DNA of 64,000 nucleotides from a virus: IMG/VR virus record IMGVR_UViG_3300028388_004281, positions 4,204 to 68,203 of that record; one strand, 5' to 3'. Shown piece by piece: positions 1 to 8,745 of this stretch (position 1 is its first letter; each line of letters starts with the position of its first letter). The notes under the pieces were generated by a model. It saw only the letters and a program-made list of their open reading frames with translations, ran no database searches and was not told where the DNA came from. The position numbers and the translations under genes were made by a program.

Positions 1-403
1 CCGCACCAACGAACTGAAGGTCCAGCAGGTTCTTCTCGACCACTACGACGGCAAGTCGGACCTGGACCCGTTCATCGACACGGCCACCGCCATGACGGAC
101 TACCTGGCCGGCAAGGACTCGGACGGCGTGCTCACCAGCGCTTTGCTGGAGCGGATCGAGACGTTCCTGGCGGCACACTACTACGGGCATGCCGACCAGT
201 TCAAGGCCAGCGAGAAGCGGGGCAAGTCCAGCGCCGTCTACCAGGGCGAGTGGGGCATGGGGCTGCGCAGCACGCAGTACGGCCAGGTCGCTGTAGATCT
301 GGATCCGACGGGCACGCTGGCGTCGCTGGGCAAGCGCCCGCTGATGTTCAAGTGGATGGGACTGCCCCGCAGCGAGCAGACCAAGTACGAGGATCGAGAC
401 TGA
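1..403 (+). CDS. Head-tail connector/adaptor protein (5' truncated by window edge)
   Basis: Frame open from the left edge (RTNELKVQQVLLDHY...); 'IETFLAAHY' and 'LRSTQYGQ...LDPTG' resemble phage adaptors; precedes head-closure gene. Confidence 0.7.
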   Translation, partial: RTNELKVQQVLLDHYDGKSDLDPFIDTATAMTDYLAGKDSDGVLTSALLERIETFLAAHYYGHADQFKASEKRGKSSAVYQGEWGMGLRSTQYGQVAVDLDPTGTLASLGKRPLMFKWMGLPRSEQTKYEDRD

Positions 404-759
404 TGCCGTTCGGCCGCAGACCGATGAAGGCAGTCTACTGGGCGTTCAGCGGGTACGACGCCTACGGCGAGCCCACGGTGACGACGCCCGTGGAGCTGGA
501 CGTGCGGTGGGAGCAGGGGCTGGCCGAGGAGATCACCCCCAACCTGCAGCCGACGGCTGTGGACGCCACGGCGTGGGTGGACCGCGACGTAACGGTCGGC
601 AGCATGTTCCGCATCGAGGCGCTGGTCGACACGCCCGGCACCGCCGACGAGATCCTGGAGGTCGTGGAGTTCCAGAAGATACCCGACATCAAGGGCCGGC
701 TGTTCGAGCGAGTGGTACTGCTGCGCAAGTACAAGGATTCGCTGCCTACGGTGAGCTGA
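403..759 (+). CDS. Head closure/stopper protein
   Basis: ATG overlaps upstream TGA; 'GYDAYGEP...PVELDVRWE' typical of head-closure proteins. Confidence 0.65.
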   Translation: MPFGRRPMKAVYWAFSGYDAYGEPTVTTPVELDVRWEQGLAEEITPNLQPTAVDATAWVDRDVTVGSMFRIEALVDTPGTADEILEVVEFQKIPDIKGRLFERVVLLRKYKDSLPTVS

Positions 760-1181
760 TGAGAAAGTTCCGCTTAGTTTTGGCATTTATTGCAATGGCG
801 GCGGTCGCCGTGCTCGTCGCGATGCAGGTGCGGATGCTGAACGCTCAGACCCTCGCACCCATGCTGCGCGTGCCCTGCACCGTGGTGGAGGTGGTGGACG
901 GCGACACGGTCACAGTGGAGTTGCGGCTGCGGGCGCGGGTAAGGCTGAAGGACTGCTGGGCGCCGGAGTTGAACGAGCCTGGTGGGCAGGAGGCACGGGA
1001 CGCGATGGTGCGGTTCACGCGGAACAAGGATGCCGTGCTGGAGGTTCCGTTCGATCGCATGAATCGATTGGACGATGTGCTGTCGTTCGGCCGCATCGTG
1101 GGACGTGTATACGCGGACGGCAGGGACGTCGGCAACAGGTTGATCGAGGGCGGTTTGGCTACATCAACTAGGAGCGAGTGA
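759..1181 (+). CDS. Thermonuclease (SNase-like) with N-terminal membrane/signal segment
   Basis: VVDGDTV, RVRL..CWAPE and FGRIVGRVY motifs; hydrophobic N-terminus. Confidence 0.85.
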   Translation: MRKFRLVLAFIAMAAVAVLVAMQVRMLNAQTLAPMLRVPCTVVEVVDGDTVTVELRLRARVRLKDCWAPELNEPGGQEARDAMVRFTRNKDAVLEVPFDRMNRLDDVLSFGRIVGRVYADGRDVGNRLIEGGLATSTRSE

Positions 1182-1182
1182 C

Positions 1183-2688
1183 ATGAAACCCAGATGGTGG
1201 TGGCTGTTGCTGATCGCGGTTCTCTGGGGCAACGCCTTGGCGGGCGAGCGGATCGTGGACAACGTGGTGCGGGTGCATCTGGCCCAGACAGATGGACGGA
1301 TGACCGAGAACACTTACGGCAGCGGGGCGTACATGGGCAACCGTGTGGTGCTCAGCTGTGCCCATTTGTTCGACGACGGGCCGTCTTTGGTGGGCCGTGT
1401 GTACTTCCGGGATGGTGAGCAGCACGAGTTTGTGTGCCGCAGCTTGGACCGTCAGTGGGACCAGTCGGTGCTGCATCTTAAATCACAGCCGACTCGTCAG
1501 GGCCTGAAGCTGGCCCAGGCGGTGCCACAGATCGGCGATCCGGTGTTTGCCTACGGCTACGGTCGGGGAAATCGGGTGATGGTCACCAGCGGCCGGGTGC
1601 ACGGCTACAGATCGTATAGTGCCAGCGTACCGAACAAAGACTGGATCGTGATGACCGGGCGCGTAGACAAGGGTTCCAGCGGCGGGCCGATCCTGAACGA
1701 GCAGGGCTACGTGGTCGGCAACTTGTGGGGCACCAAGCCGGTTGATTCTGGCACCTGGCACACCGTAGGGATCATGACGGGACGCACTCGCAGGTTCCTG
1801 CTGCCCTGGAACGCCAAGCTGCAGGCCGTGGGCATCCGCAACGGACTGTACCCGCCGAGGTCCAGGGTCGCGTGTCCTCCGGGCGGGTCGTGAGTTACTG
1901 CTCCCAGGGTGCGGACTGCACCCCAGCCGATACTTGTTGAACCGTCCAATCCGATCCCTGCTACTCAGTTTCCGCAGTCGGCTCCCGCGCCTGCTCCTTC
2001 TACAACGGCACCTCCTACGACGAGTGCTCCGCCGACAAACAACGGCAATCAGAACTCGGTCAACGTGAACGTGAGCTACAGCAAGCTGCTCGAACACCTG
2101 AAGAACGATCCGGAGTTCATGGCGTCCGCCAAGGGCGACGAGGGTCCTCAAGGGCCGGAAGGGCCGGAAGGTCCGGAGGGACCGGCAGGCAGCGACGGGC
2201 AGGACGGGCAGGATGCACAGCTGACGCCGGAGCACTTGGCAACGATGACCGCCGCGATCATACAGACGCTCAAGGGCGACGAGGAGTTCCTGGCGTCGGT
2301 TACTGGACCTCCTGGCGATGTGACGACCGTGGACTTGTCGCCGTTGATCGCACGCATCGAGGCGTTGGAGCAGTCCACGGCCACGGTGCCCGTGGGCGGC
2401 GAGGCGCAGGCGGAGTGGAGCCATCTGGTGCTGCTCGCCTCGCAGAACGCCGACTACTGGAGCAGGCTGTCGGGCGAGTACGAGCGGGCATTGGGGTACT
2501 ACCACCAGCTGAAGCACTTGGAACCACCCACTGACAGTGACGTGGGTCCGCTGCCGTTGCTGGTGGCCTACAGCGGCGGTAAGGCCGTAAAGAGTTGGGT
2601 TGGCCTGCGGAACGTTTCGCAGGCGTTTTCGAGTCTCTCCCGCGGCGACTACGACGAGTTTCTGTACGCCGACGGGGGCAACCAATAG
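1183..2688 (+). CDS. Secreted trypsin-like serine protease (1183-1893) continued in frame, past TGA 1891-1893, by a Pro-rich linker and collagen-like domain; candidate selenoprotein
   Basis: Signal peptide; CAH / D / GSSGGP catalytic triad; ORFs 1183 and 1909 share a frame and are separated only by one TGA in CPPGGS*; Gly-X-Y repeats (GPQGPEGPEGPEGPAG). Protease call is strong, fusion is inferred. Confidence 0.7.
1891..1926 (+). promoter_or_regulatory. Putative bacterial SECIS element
   Basis: TGA, 13 nt, then GGGTGC-GGACT-GCACCC hairpin (1907-1923); G-first apical loop 19 nt after UGA; resembles E. coli fdhF GGTTGCAGGTCTGCACC. Confidence 0.6.
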
Positions 2689-2699
2689 GAGCGACAATC

Positions 2700-2918
2700 A
2701 TGCCGCTTGATCCAGAAGTGTCCGATCTGTTGAAAGGCGAGATGGTCAGTGGTGCTCGCGAGAGCGCCCGGCTGTCGGGTGCGGTGGACCGCAACCTGGT
2801 CCAGGGCCTGGGCGTGATCAACTCCACGTTGATCCAGCAGCACGGCGGTACGGCCGACGATGCAGCCCAGATGGCCGCGTTGCGCACGAGCATCTATGTG
2901 CCCCAGAAGAACGCGTAG
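2700..2918 (+). CDS. Hypothetical protein (72 aa)
   Basis: AGGAG RBS and ATG at 2700. Confidence 0.7.
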   Translation: MPLDPEVSDLLKGEMVSGARESARLSGAVDRNLVQGLGVINSTLIQQHGGTADDAAQMAALRTSIYVPQKNA

Positions 2919-2945
2919 TTTGGCTGCGAGGGTGGATGGGGGAAC

Positions 2946-2990
2946 GCCAGCCCCCGGTATCTATGACCCGCTTCGGGGGCTGGCTTCTCC
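2946..2990 (+). terminator. GC-rich hairpin, possible terminator or processing site
   Basis: GCCAGCCCCCG / CGGGGGCTGGC 11-bp stem; only a weak T tail. Confidence 0.45.
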
Positions 2991-3009
2991 ATGACAAGGG
3001 AGCGGAACC

Positions 3010-3174
3010 ATGAGCGATGACTTGGATGCCTGGGCCGAGTTCTTGAAGGAGACGGACGCCAATCATCACATGGCCCAGAACCATCAGATGATGTACGAGC
3101 AGACGATAGGAAACATCGCGGCATTGAAGGCCATCAACGACAGCGACATCGAGGAGGCGGTAAAAAACTCATGA
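3010..3174 (+). CDS. Hypothetical protein (54 aa, below ORF-track cutoff)
   Basis: GGAG RBS, MSDDLDAWAEFLKE...; stop overlaps next ATG (ATGA). Confidence 0.6.
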   Translation: MSDDLDAWAEFLKETDANHHMAQNHQMMYEQTIGNIAALKAINDSDIEEAVKNS

Positions 3175-3638
3175 ACGCTCCAGACGTGTCGCCTGTGATA
3201 AAGGCCGAGGCCGCCCGCGGTCTGCTGGAGCGGCTGTGGGAGAAGACGGCGTTGGTGAGGCTGTTCAGGTACAACGCCTCGATGAAGCACGGCGTACCGA
3301 TCAAGGACCGCGAGTTCGAGTTCAAGGTGCCGGAGCCGCCCAAGGAGGTGGTCAAGGAGGTACCGGTCGAGAAGGAAGTCATCAAGGAGGTGCCGATCGA
3401 GAAGGTCGTGGAGAAGGAAGTGCCCGCTCCGCAGGAGCCGGTGCAGGACGACCCGTGGCGGTGGACGAAGAACGCACTGGGAGCGTTGGCGGTGGCGGGG
3501 GCCACGGCGGCAGGCACGGCGGGCCTGATGAGCCTGGCTGGAGGCGGAAGAAACGAGGCGGCAGAGTCCGGGAGCGTGACGAAGTACAAGCAGAGTCCTC
3601 TGCAGTTCATAGAGGACCGGGGAGCACACTTGCCATGA
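3171..3638 (+). CDS. Membrane protein with KEVP/VEKEV repeats
   Basis: KEVVKEVPVEKEVIKEVPIEKVVEKEVP repeats and one hydrophobic helix. Confidence 0.7.
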   Translation: MNAPDVSPVIKAEAARGLLERLWEKTALVRLFRYNASMKHGVPIKDREFEFKVPEPPKEVVKEVPVEKEVIKEVPIEKVVEKEVPAPQEPVQDDPWRWTKNALGALAVAGATAAGTAGLMSLAGGGRNEAAESGSVTKYKQSPLQFIEDRGAHLP

Positions 3639-3859
3639 GCGCGGCGATGGAAGATTTGTTGCGTGGACACCTGCAGCGGCAGAGGCAGATCCACCAGCGG
3701 AGCCTGAAGGCGGTGGCCGACATGGCGTCGGCGAACAGTGAGATGATCCTGATGAACGGTTTGGATGCGGTCATGTCCAGGAAGGAAGCACGGGCCGTGC
3801 TGAGCGGAGGACAAGACGATGGGCAGGGTGACGGAGTGGATGGAGAAGTTGTCGGCTGA
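3635..3859 (+). CDS. Hypothetical protein
   Basis: ATGA coupling to upstream gene. Confidence 0.55.
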   Translation: MSAAMEDLLRGHLQRQRQIHQRSLKAVADMASANSEMILMNGLDAVMSRKEARAVLSGGQDDGQGDGVDGEVVG

Positions 3860-4100
3860 CGTGGACGAGCAGGAGCTGGACCTGTGGGGTACGCCCACGC
3901 AGGGCCCGGTGGACCTCAGGACCAGCCCGAAGTTTCAGGAGATCGTCAGCATGCTGCACGAGCAGCCGCTGCTGGTGTCGCCCGTGCACGAGTGGCTGAA
4001 GGTCAAGCAGTCGCAGATGGCACAGGCTCAACTGGTCGTGCTGTACGGCCAAGAGCGAACCGAGCAGATGATGGAAGAGGCCAGACAAAGGGAGCGATAA
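3819..4100 (+). CDS. Hypothetical protein
   Basis: GGAGG RBS; codon usage like neighbours. Confidence 0.6.
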   Translation: MGRVTEWMEKLSADVDEQELDLWGTPTQGPVDLRTSPKFQEIVSMLHEQPLLVSPVHEWLKVKQSQMAQAQLVVLYGQERTEQMMEEARQRER

Positions 4101-4102
4101 CA

Positions 4103-4300
4103 ATGGCGGAAAAGATATACCAGTTCCGAATCACGGCGGAGGTCGTGGACCAGAATGGTGACAGGATGTTCGATGCCCATGTCACCTACGAGAACATGGA
4201 CTACGGCAACGTGGTGGTCGTGGAGAAGGCCATCGTGGGCATGCTGGAACACCTCAGCCAGTTCGGCGAGGAGAAGGCCAAGACCAAGGGAAAAAACTGA
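4103..4300 (+). CDS. Hypothetical protein
   Basis: GGAG RBS; MAEKIYQFRITAEV... Confidence 0.65.
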   Translation: MAEKIYQFRITAEVVDQNGDRMFDAHVTYENMDYGNVVVVEKAIVGMLEHLSQFGEEKAKTKGKN

Positions 4301-4383
4301 CCGGTGCCGAGGGACAGCCTCGGCAGTACCGACACGTGATGACGTGGCTTCGATAACAACGGGAGCGTTTCTGGAAGTGATGT

Positions 4384-4893
4384 ATGGATCCTGCGGAATG
4401 GCATGGATACGTGAACGACGGGGCGCTCGCGGCATTCGCCGTGTTCATCGTGTGGGCGCTCTGGCGAGCTGCGAATTCGGTGAGCAACAAAGTGTGGCCG
4501 CTGGTGAACCGCTACGTCGGCAGCACCGAGGAACTGCACAATGCTCTGAAGGAGAACCAGGACAAGCAGCACGAGCTATGTATGGGGCACCAGCGGACGA
4601 TCAACGGGCTGTCCGAGAGCGTCTCCGTCAACACGGGGATACAGCAGGAGCAGTGCCAGCACCTGCGGCGGCTGGTGGACATCCACGAGAAACCCGGCGA
4701 AGTGGTCAGCCAGTCCATAGCGCAGACCGAGGAGATGCACCGACACATGCAGAAGGAGAAGCGGGTTGTACTGCACATGTGCGAGATATGCCGCAGGGTG
4801 GTGCACGAGAACTTCGAGGACACGGCGGAGTCGGTGGATCCTCTGCTGCGAGAGGTGGAGAGGTTGATCCAGGATTCGGGTGAAGTGGAGTGA
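4384..4893 (+). CDS. Single-TM coiled-coil protein (possible holin-like)
   Basis: TM segment GALAAFAVFIVWALW followed by a helical region. Confidence 0.5.
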   Translation: MDPAEWHGYVNDGALAAFAVFIVWALWRAANSVSNKVWPLVNRYVGSTEELHNALKENQDKQHELCMGHQRTINGLSESVSVNTGIQQEQCQHLRRLVDIHEKPGEVVSQSIAQTEEMHRHMQKEKRVVLHMCEICRRVVHENFEDTAESVDPLLREVERLIQDSGEVE

Positions 4894-4949
4894 GAACTGT
4901 ACTTTGGCACTGCAGCGCCAAGCCGGGGCTGCATGAGCAGGAGTGAACA

Positions 4950-5117
4950 GTGAAGAAAACATACGTGGTGCGTGTGGTACTTCAAGGGACCGTCGAGCTG
5001 GCCGACCATGGCTACACGTTCGGGCCGTTCGACGACTATCGTGCCGCCGAGGAGTGCGTGATTGCACTGGCCGGGCGGGACAACGTGCGTGGGGCAATGA
5101 TCGAGGAAGCAGAATAG
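4950..5117 (+). CDS. Hypothetical protein (55 aa)
   Basis: AGGAG RBS, GTG start, VKKTYVVRVVLQG... Confidence 0.5.
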   Translation: MKKTYVVRVVLQGTVELADHGYTFGPFDDYRAAEECVIALAGRDNVRGAMIEEAE

Positions 5118-5128
5118 GGGAATAGGCT

Positions 5129-5434
5129 ATGGCAACGTATATCGAACTGCGGGGGCTGTACGGTAACGGCGACCTGGAAAACAAGGTCGAAGTCGCGTGT
5201 ATCGTGGCAGCAGAATCCATTCGCAACGAGGACGCGGGAACCACGAACCATGCCAACCGATTGGTGTGGGCCAAGAGCGCGTTCTCCAACCCGAACACCG
5301 TGGCTGTGCAGATGTTGATGGCACTGCTGGCGGCCAACAAGGATTTGACGGTGGCCCAGATCGAAGGGGCCAGCGATGCGGCCATTCAAACTGCAGTTGA
5401 TAATGCCGTGGACATCTTCGCTGACGGGAGCTAG
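5129..5434 (+). CDS. Putative virion-associated protein
   Basis: Typical small protein preceding LamG fibre modules. Confidence 0.55.
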   Translation: MATYIELRGLYGNGDLENKVEVACIVAAESIRNEDAGTTNHANRLVWAKSAFSNPNTVAVQMLMALLAANKDLTVAQIEGASDAAIQTAVDNAVDIFADGS

Positions 5435-5438
5435 TTAG

Positions 5439-5894
5439 ATGGCCAATAAGATATTGTGGGCCACGGAGACAGCCGCCACGCTGTTGAGCACTGAACTCAA
5501 TAACGTGGCAGACGATGCTGTGGCAGTGGACGGGGCAGACTACGATAACGCCACCAACAAGTACCAGTTTGCGGATTTCCTGTTCTACGGGACGTTTGAT
5601 GCAGCCTGCGACTCCGGTGCGTACGTCGAGCTGCACATCTTCTACAAACTCGACGGGACCAACTACGGCGATGGCGAAGACGGGGACGTTGCTGCGCCTG
5701 TAGCCAGCGGCAATTCTTTGGTAGGTGTGTTCAGCATCGGTGCCGACGCTGGGCCGATCTATCAGCAGGTGACCGGCGTTCAGTTGTCGCCGTTCGCGTT
5801 TAGAGCAGCAGTGAAGCTGGTCACTGGCCAGGATCTGACGGCAGTCGATACCCATTTCCTGAAGATGTATCCCTACAACCACGAAGTGCAATAG
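5439..5894 (+). CDS. Putative virion structural protein (beta-rich)
   Basis: Acidic beta-strand pattern in structural cluster. Confidence 0.55.
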   Translation: MANKILWATETAATLLSTELNNVADDAVAVDGADYDNATNKYQFADFLFYGTFDAACDSGAYVELHIFYKLDGTNYGDGEDGDVAAPVASGNSLVGVFSIGADAGPIYQQVTGVQLSPFAFRAAVKLVTGQDLTAVDTHFLKMYPYNHEVQ

Positions 5895-5895
5895 C

Positions 5896-7443
5896 GTGCG
5901 ACAGCGACCGCCGACATTTCGGGTAAACCAACGCAGCTCGCTGGCCAGCAATTTGGTTTTCGCGGGTCTAGGTGGCGGTGCGTCAACGCTAAAGTACGCG
6001 GACGCGAGCGGCCACGACAACCACGGCACGCTGACCAACATGGCACCGGCGACGGATTGGGTGTGGGTGCCGGAGCTGGGGCGGTTCGGAAGTGCTCTCA
6101 ATGGGTCGAACCAATACATTATTCTTCCGCAGATATACAGCGGAACAACAGTCGGAACAATATGCGCATGGGCGAAAAAAAATAACACGACCGGAGACAC
6201 GCGACTTGTAAATGCTGGATCTTATCTTTCACGGCTATATTTGTACGTCAATGGCGCTACACTAACAGCACGATTTGGTGGGCAATCAGCATTTACGGGA
6301 GGCACAATCACAGCATCACAATGGCATCACCTGGCAGTAACATGGTCTGGGGCTTCAGCTACTTTGTACCTGGATGGTGTCGCGTCTGGCACTGGAACAG
6401 GTGCCGCTGGTGGCGATCAATATTGTCAGATCGGATGCTATGACGATCCTGGCGCGCCGACCGCATTCTGGCCTGGTGGCGCATCAGATGTGCTGATGTA
6501 TTCTGGTCACGTCCTCTCCCTCTCCGAGATCCAGCAGCTCGCCGACCCGTCGAACGTAATGCTTAGCGGGCTGATCCTGCCGCCACGACGGCGGGTGTGG
6601 GCGGTGCCTGCGGCGGCGGGTGGCGATATAACAGGCTCGGCTTCCGTGAGTCTCACGGCGTCCGGCACGCTGTCCGCAAGCGGAGACCTGTCGGGCTCTT
6701 CCAGCCTGTCGATCACGTCGTCTGGCAGTCTGGCCGGTGGAGGGGCCGTGAACGGCTCCGGTGCATTATCGTTCTCGGCGTCAGGATCGTTGCAAAGTCG
6801 TGGAGACCTGTCTGGCACCTCCAGCCTGTCGCTCGCGGCATCCGGTTCGTTGTCGGCCGCTGGATCGTTGGCCGGCAGTGGCAGCATTGATTTGTCGGCA
6901 GCGGGATTCCTGACGGCGTCCGGTGCGTTGTCAGCCTCTGGTGCCATGTCCCTGACAGGGGATGGCTCCATGCAGGCTGGTGGTGCTCTGTCCGGCACGT
7001 CGTCTCTGTCGCTGACTGCCAGCGGAGCCATGTACCCGCCCGGCGCACTGGTGTCCGAGGCAACCATCAGTCTGGCTGCTTCTGGTGCGTTGACGGGCAA
7101 GGGCTCGCTGACGGTCGAAGCGACTATAGGCTTGGAAGCATCCGGCGTTCTGACCGGCAAGGGCTCGCTGTCTGCGACGGGGTCGCTCGTCGTAGGGGCC
7201 GAAGGCGATCTGCAGAACGGCACACCTGGTGCGGTGTCGGGCACGTCCGGCATCGCAATCGGCATGACAGGGGCTCTGACCGGCAGAGGTCTGCTGTCGG
7301 GGACCGTTGACATGGCATTGTCGGCGGCAGCTGCCGCGATCGATGCTGCTGCTGAAGAGACAGCTCGCAGATACGTGCTCAGCTACACAAACACCCGCCT
7401 GGTCATAACGGGCGACGGTGATCGAACTACTCTGGTCATATAG
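5896..7443 (+). CDS. LamG/concanavalin-like lectin domain plus long Ser/Gly/Ala/Leu repeat stalk
   Basis: DASG..NHGTL, WHHLAVTW...LYLDG motifs; about 23-aa repeats such as SGSSSLSITSSGSL. Confidence 0.85.
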   Translation: MRQRPPTFRVNQRSSLASNLVFAGLGGGASTLKYADASGHDNHGTLTNMAPATDWVWVPELGRFGSALNGSNQYIILPQIYSGTTVGTICAWAKKNNTTGDTRLVNAGSYLSRLYLYVNGATLTARFGGQSAFTGGTITASQWHHLAVTWSGASATLYLDGVASGTGTGAAGGDQYCQIGCYDDPGAPTAFWPGGASDVLMYSGHVLSLSEIQQLADPSNVMLSGLILPPRRRVWAVPAAAGGDITGSASVSLTASGTLSASGDLSGSSSLSITSSGSLAGGGAVNGSGALSFSASGSLQSRGDLSGTSSLSLAASGSLSAAGSLAGSGSIDLSAAGFLTASGALSASGAMSLTGDGSMQAGGALSGTSSLSLTASGAMYPPGALVSEATISLAASGALTGKGSLTVEATIGLEASGVLTGKGSLSATGSLVVGAEGDLQNGTPGAVSGTSGIAIGMTGALTGRGLLSGTVDMALSAAAAAIDAAAEETARRYVLSYTNTRLVITGDGDRTTLVI

Positions 7444-7454
7444 GAGAATTGCGC

Positions 7455-7853
7455 ATGTCGGCGTCGAACTATCTGGAAAATGCACTGCTAGACCACTTGT
7501 TCGGAAAGTCTACGTATGCGTCGCCCACGACGATCTACGTAGCGCTGCTGACCGATGCCCCGGACGAGACGGGCACGGCTGGCAGCGACTTCACGGAGGC
7601 GGATTACACGAGCTACGCCCGAGTCAGCACCACCGACTCCGACTGGAACAGCGCCAGCGGCGGGTCGCTGACCAACGGCAACGCCATCACGTTCCCGGCC
7701 TGCACGGGCGGCAGCAGCACGGTGACTCACTTCGCCTTGCTGGATCAGGCGCAGAACTTGCTGGTGACCGGTGCATTGGACAGCTCCCTGGCCGTGTCGA
7801 ATGGCATCACTCCTGAGTTTGCGGCCTCGGCACTTACTTGCACGCTGGACTAA
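7455..7853 (+). CDS. Phage virion structural/fibre-associated protein
   Basis: SNYLENALLDH..., YARV, NAITFP, VTHFALLD pattern. Confidence 0.7.
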   Translation: MSASNYLENALLDHLFGKSTYASPTTIYVALLTDAPDETGTAGSDFTEADYTSYARVSTTDSDWNSASGGSLTNGNAITFPACTGGSSTVTHFALLDQAQNLLVTGALDSSLAVSNGITPEFAASALTCTLD

Positions 7854-7857
7854 CACC

Positions 7858-8205
7858 ATGGCAGCTCAAACGCACAGAGTGCGAGTTGGCGACACGCTCA
7901 CGCCGTTCAAGTTCCAGCTGAAGTATCTGGACGAGGACACGGGCACCTACCTGGCCTACGACCTGACGAGCAAGAGCGCCTATCTCGTGATCGAAGACGA
8001 AGCCGGGAATGACGTTGTGGCTGGCACAGCGGCGGCCAATGAGTGCACGGTCACCGACGCATCGAACGGCAAGGGGGAGTACGACTTCAAGTCTACCGAG
8101 GTGGATGACTCGGGCCTGTTCTACATGTACGTTCAGGTATACTCGGGGGACGAGCGAGTCAGCTTCCCCGACAAGGACAAGCAACTCAGGCTGTTGGTTC
8201 AATAA
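7858..8205 (+). CDS. BppU N-terminal-like Ig-fold adaptor protein
   Basis: GDT..F.FQL, YDLT, G..EYDF...VDDSG, V.Y.GDERVSFP pattern. Confidence 0.6.
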   Translation: MAAQTHRVRVGDTLTPFKFQLKYLDEDTGTYLAYDLTSKSAYLVIEDEAGNDVVAGTAAANECTVTDASNGKGEYDFKSTEVDDSGLFYMYVQVYSGDERVSFPDKDKQLRLLVQ

Positions 8206-8219
8206 CAGGAGATCAAACA

Positions 8220-8690
8220 ATGGCGTCCAAGGTATTCATCACAGCGATCAACGAGATCATGACGGCGTACTTCGTCACGCCCGGCAACGACATCAAGTGC
8301 AAGCTTTGCATGTCCAACAACACGTGCGCCACGGACGCGTTGGACGGCAGCGTGCAGTACCTGACCGACGTGTCGGACCTGGACGAGTGCGACGCCACGG
8401 GCTACGCGGACACTACGCTCACCACGCCGAGCAACGCCGTGGACGACGCCAACGACCGGGCGGAGTTCGACGACAGCGGTGCGGCATCGGTGGTGTTCAG
8501 CGGACTGGGCGGCGACGGCACGCGGGACTACAGCGGCGTGCTGCTGTACCGCGAGGGCGGCGACACGGGGACCGCCACGGACGACGAGTGCATCGCCTGG
8601 CTGGAGTTCGGATCGGCCGTGTCGAAGGAAAGCACCTCAGTGACAGTCACTTGGAATGCCGAGGGCATCATCCAGGGCGCCAACGCGTAA
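8220..8690 (+). CDS. Virion structural protein
   Basis: DIK..L, IAWLEFG...VTVTWNAEGII pattern. Confidence 0.6.
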   Translation: MASKVFITAINEIMTAYFVTPGNDIKCKLCMSNNTCATDALDGSVQYLTDVSDLDECDATGYADTTLTTPSNAVDDANDRAEFDDSGAASVVFSGLGGDGTRDYSGVLLYREGGDTGTATDDECIAWLEFGSAVSKESTSVTVTWNAEGIIQGANA

Positions 8691-8745
8691 CACATGATCA
8701 TTGGCGAGACTGCTGCAAAGATAACTAGATCGGAGAGGACATGAA

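Noticed and set aside
2700-2918. RebB/R-body-like protein
   Set aside because: Only a vague compositional resemblance; no recognisable Reb motif or paralog set
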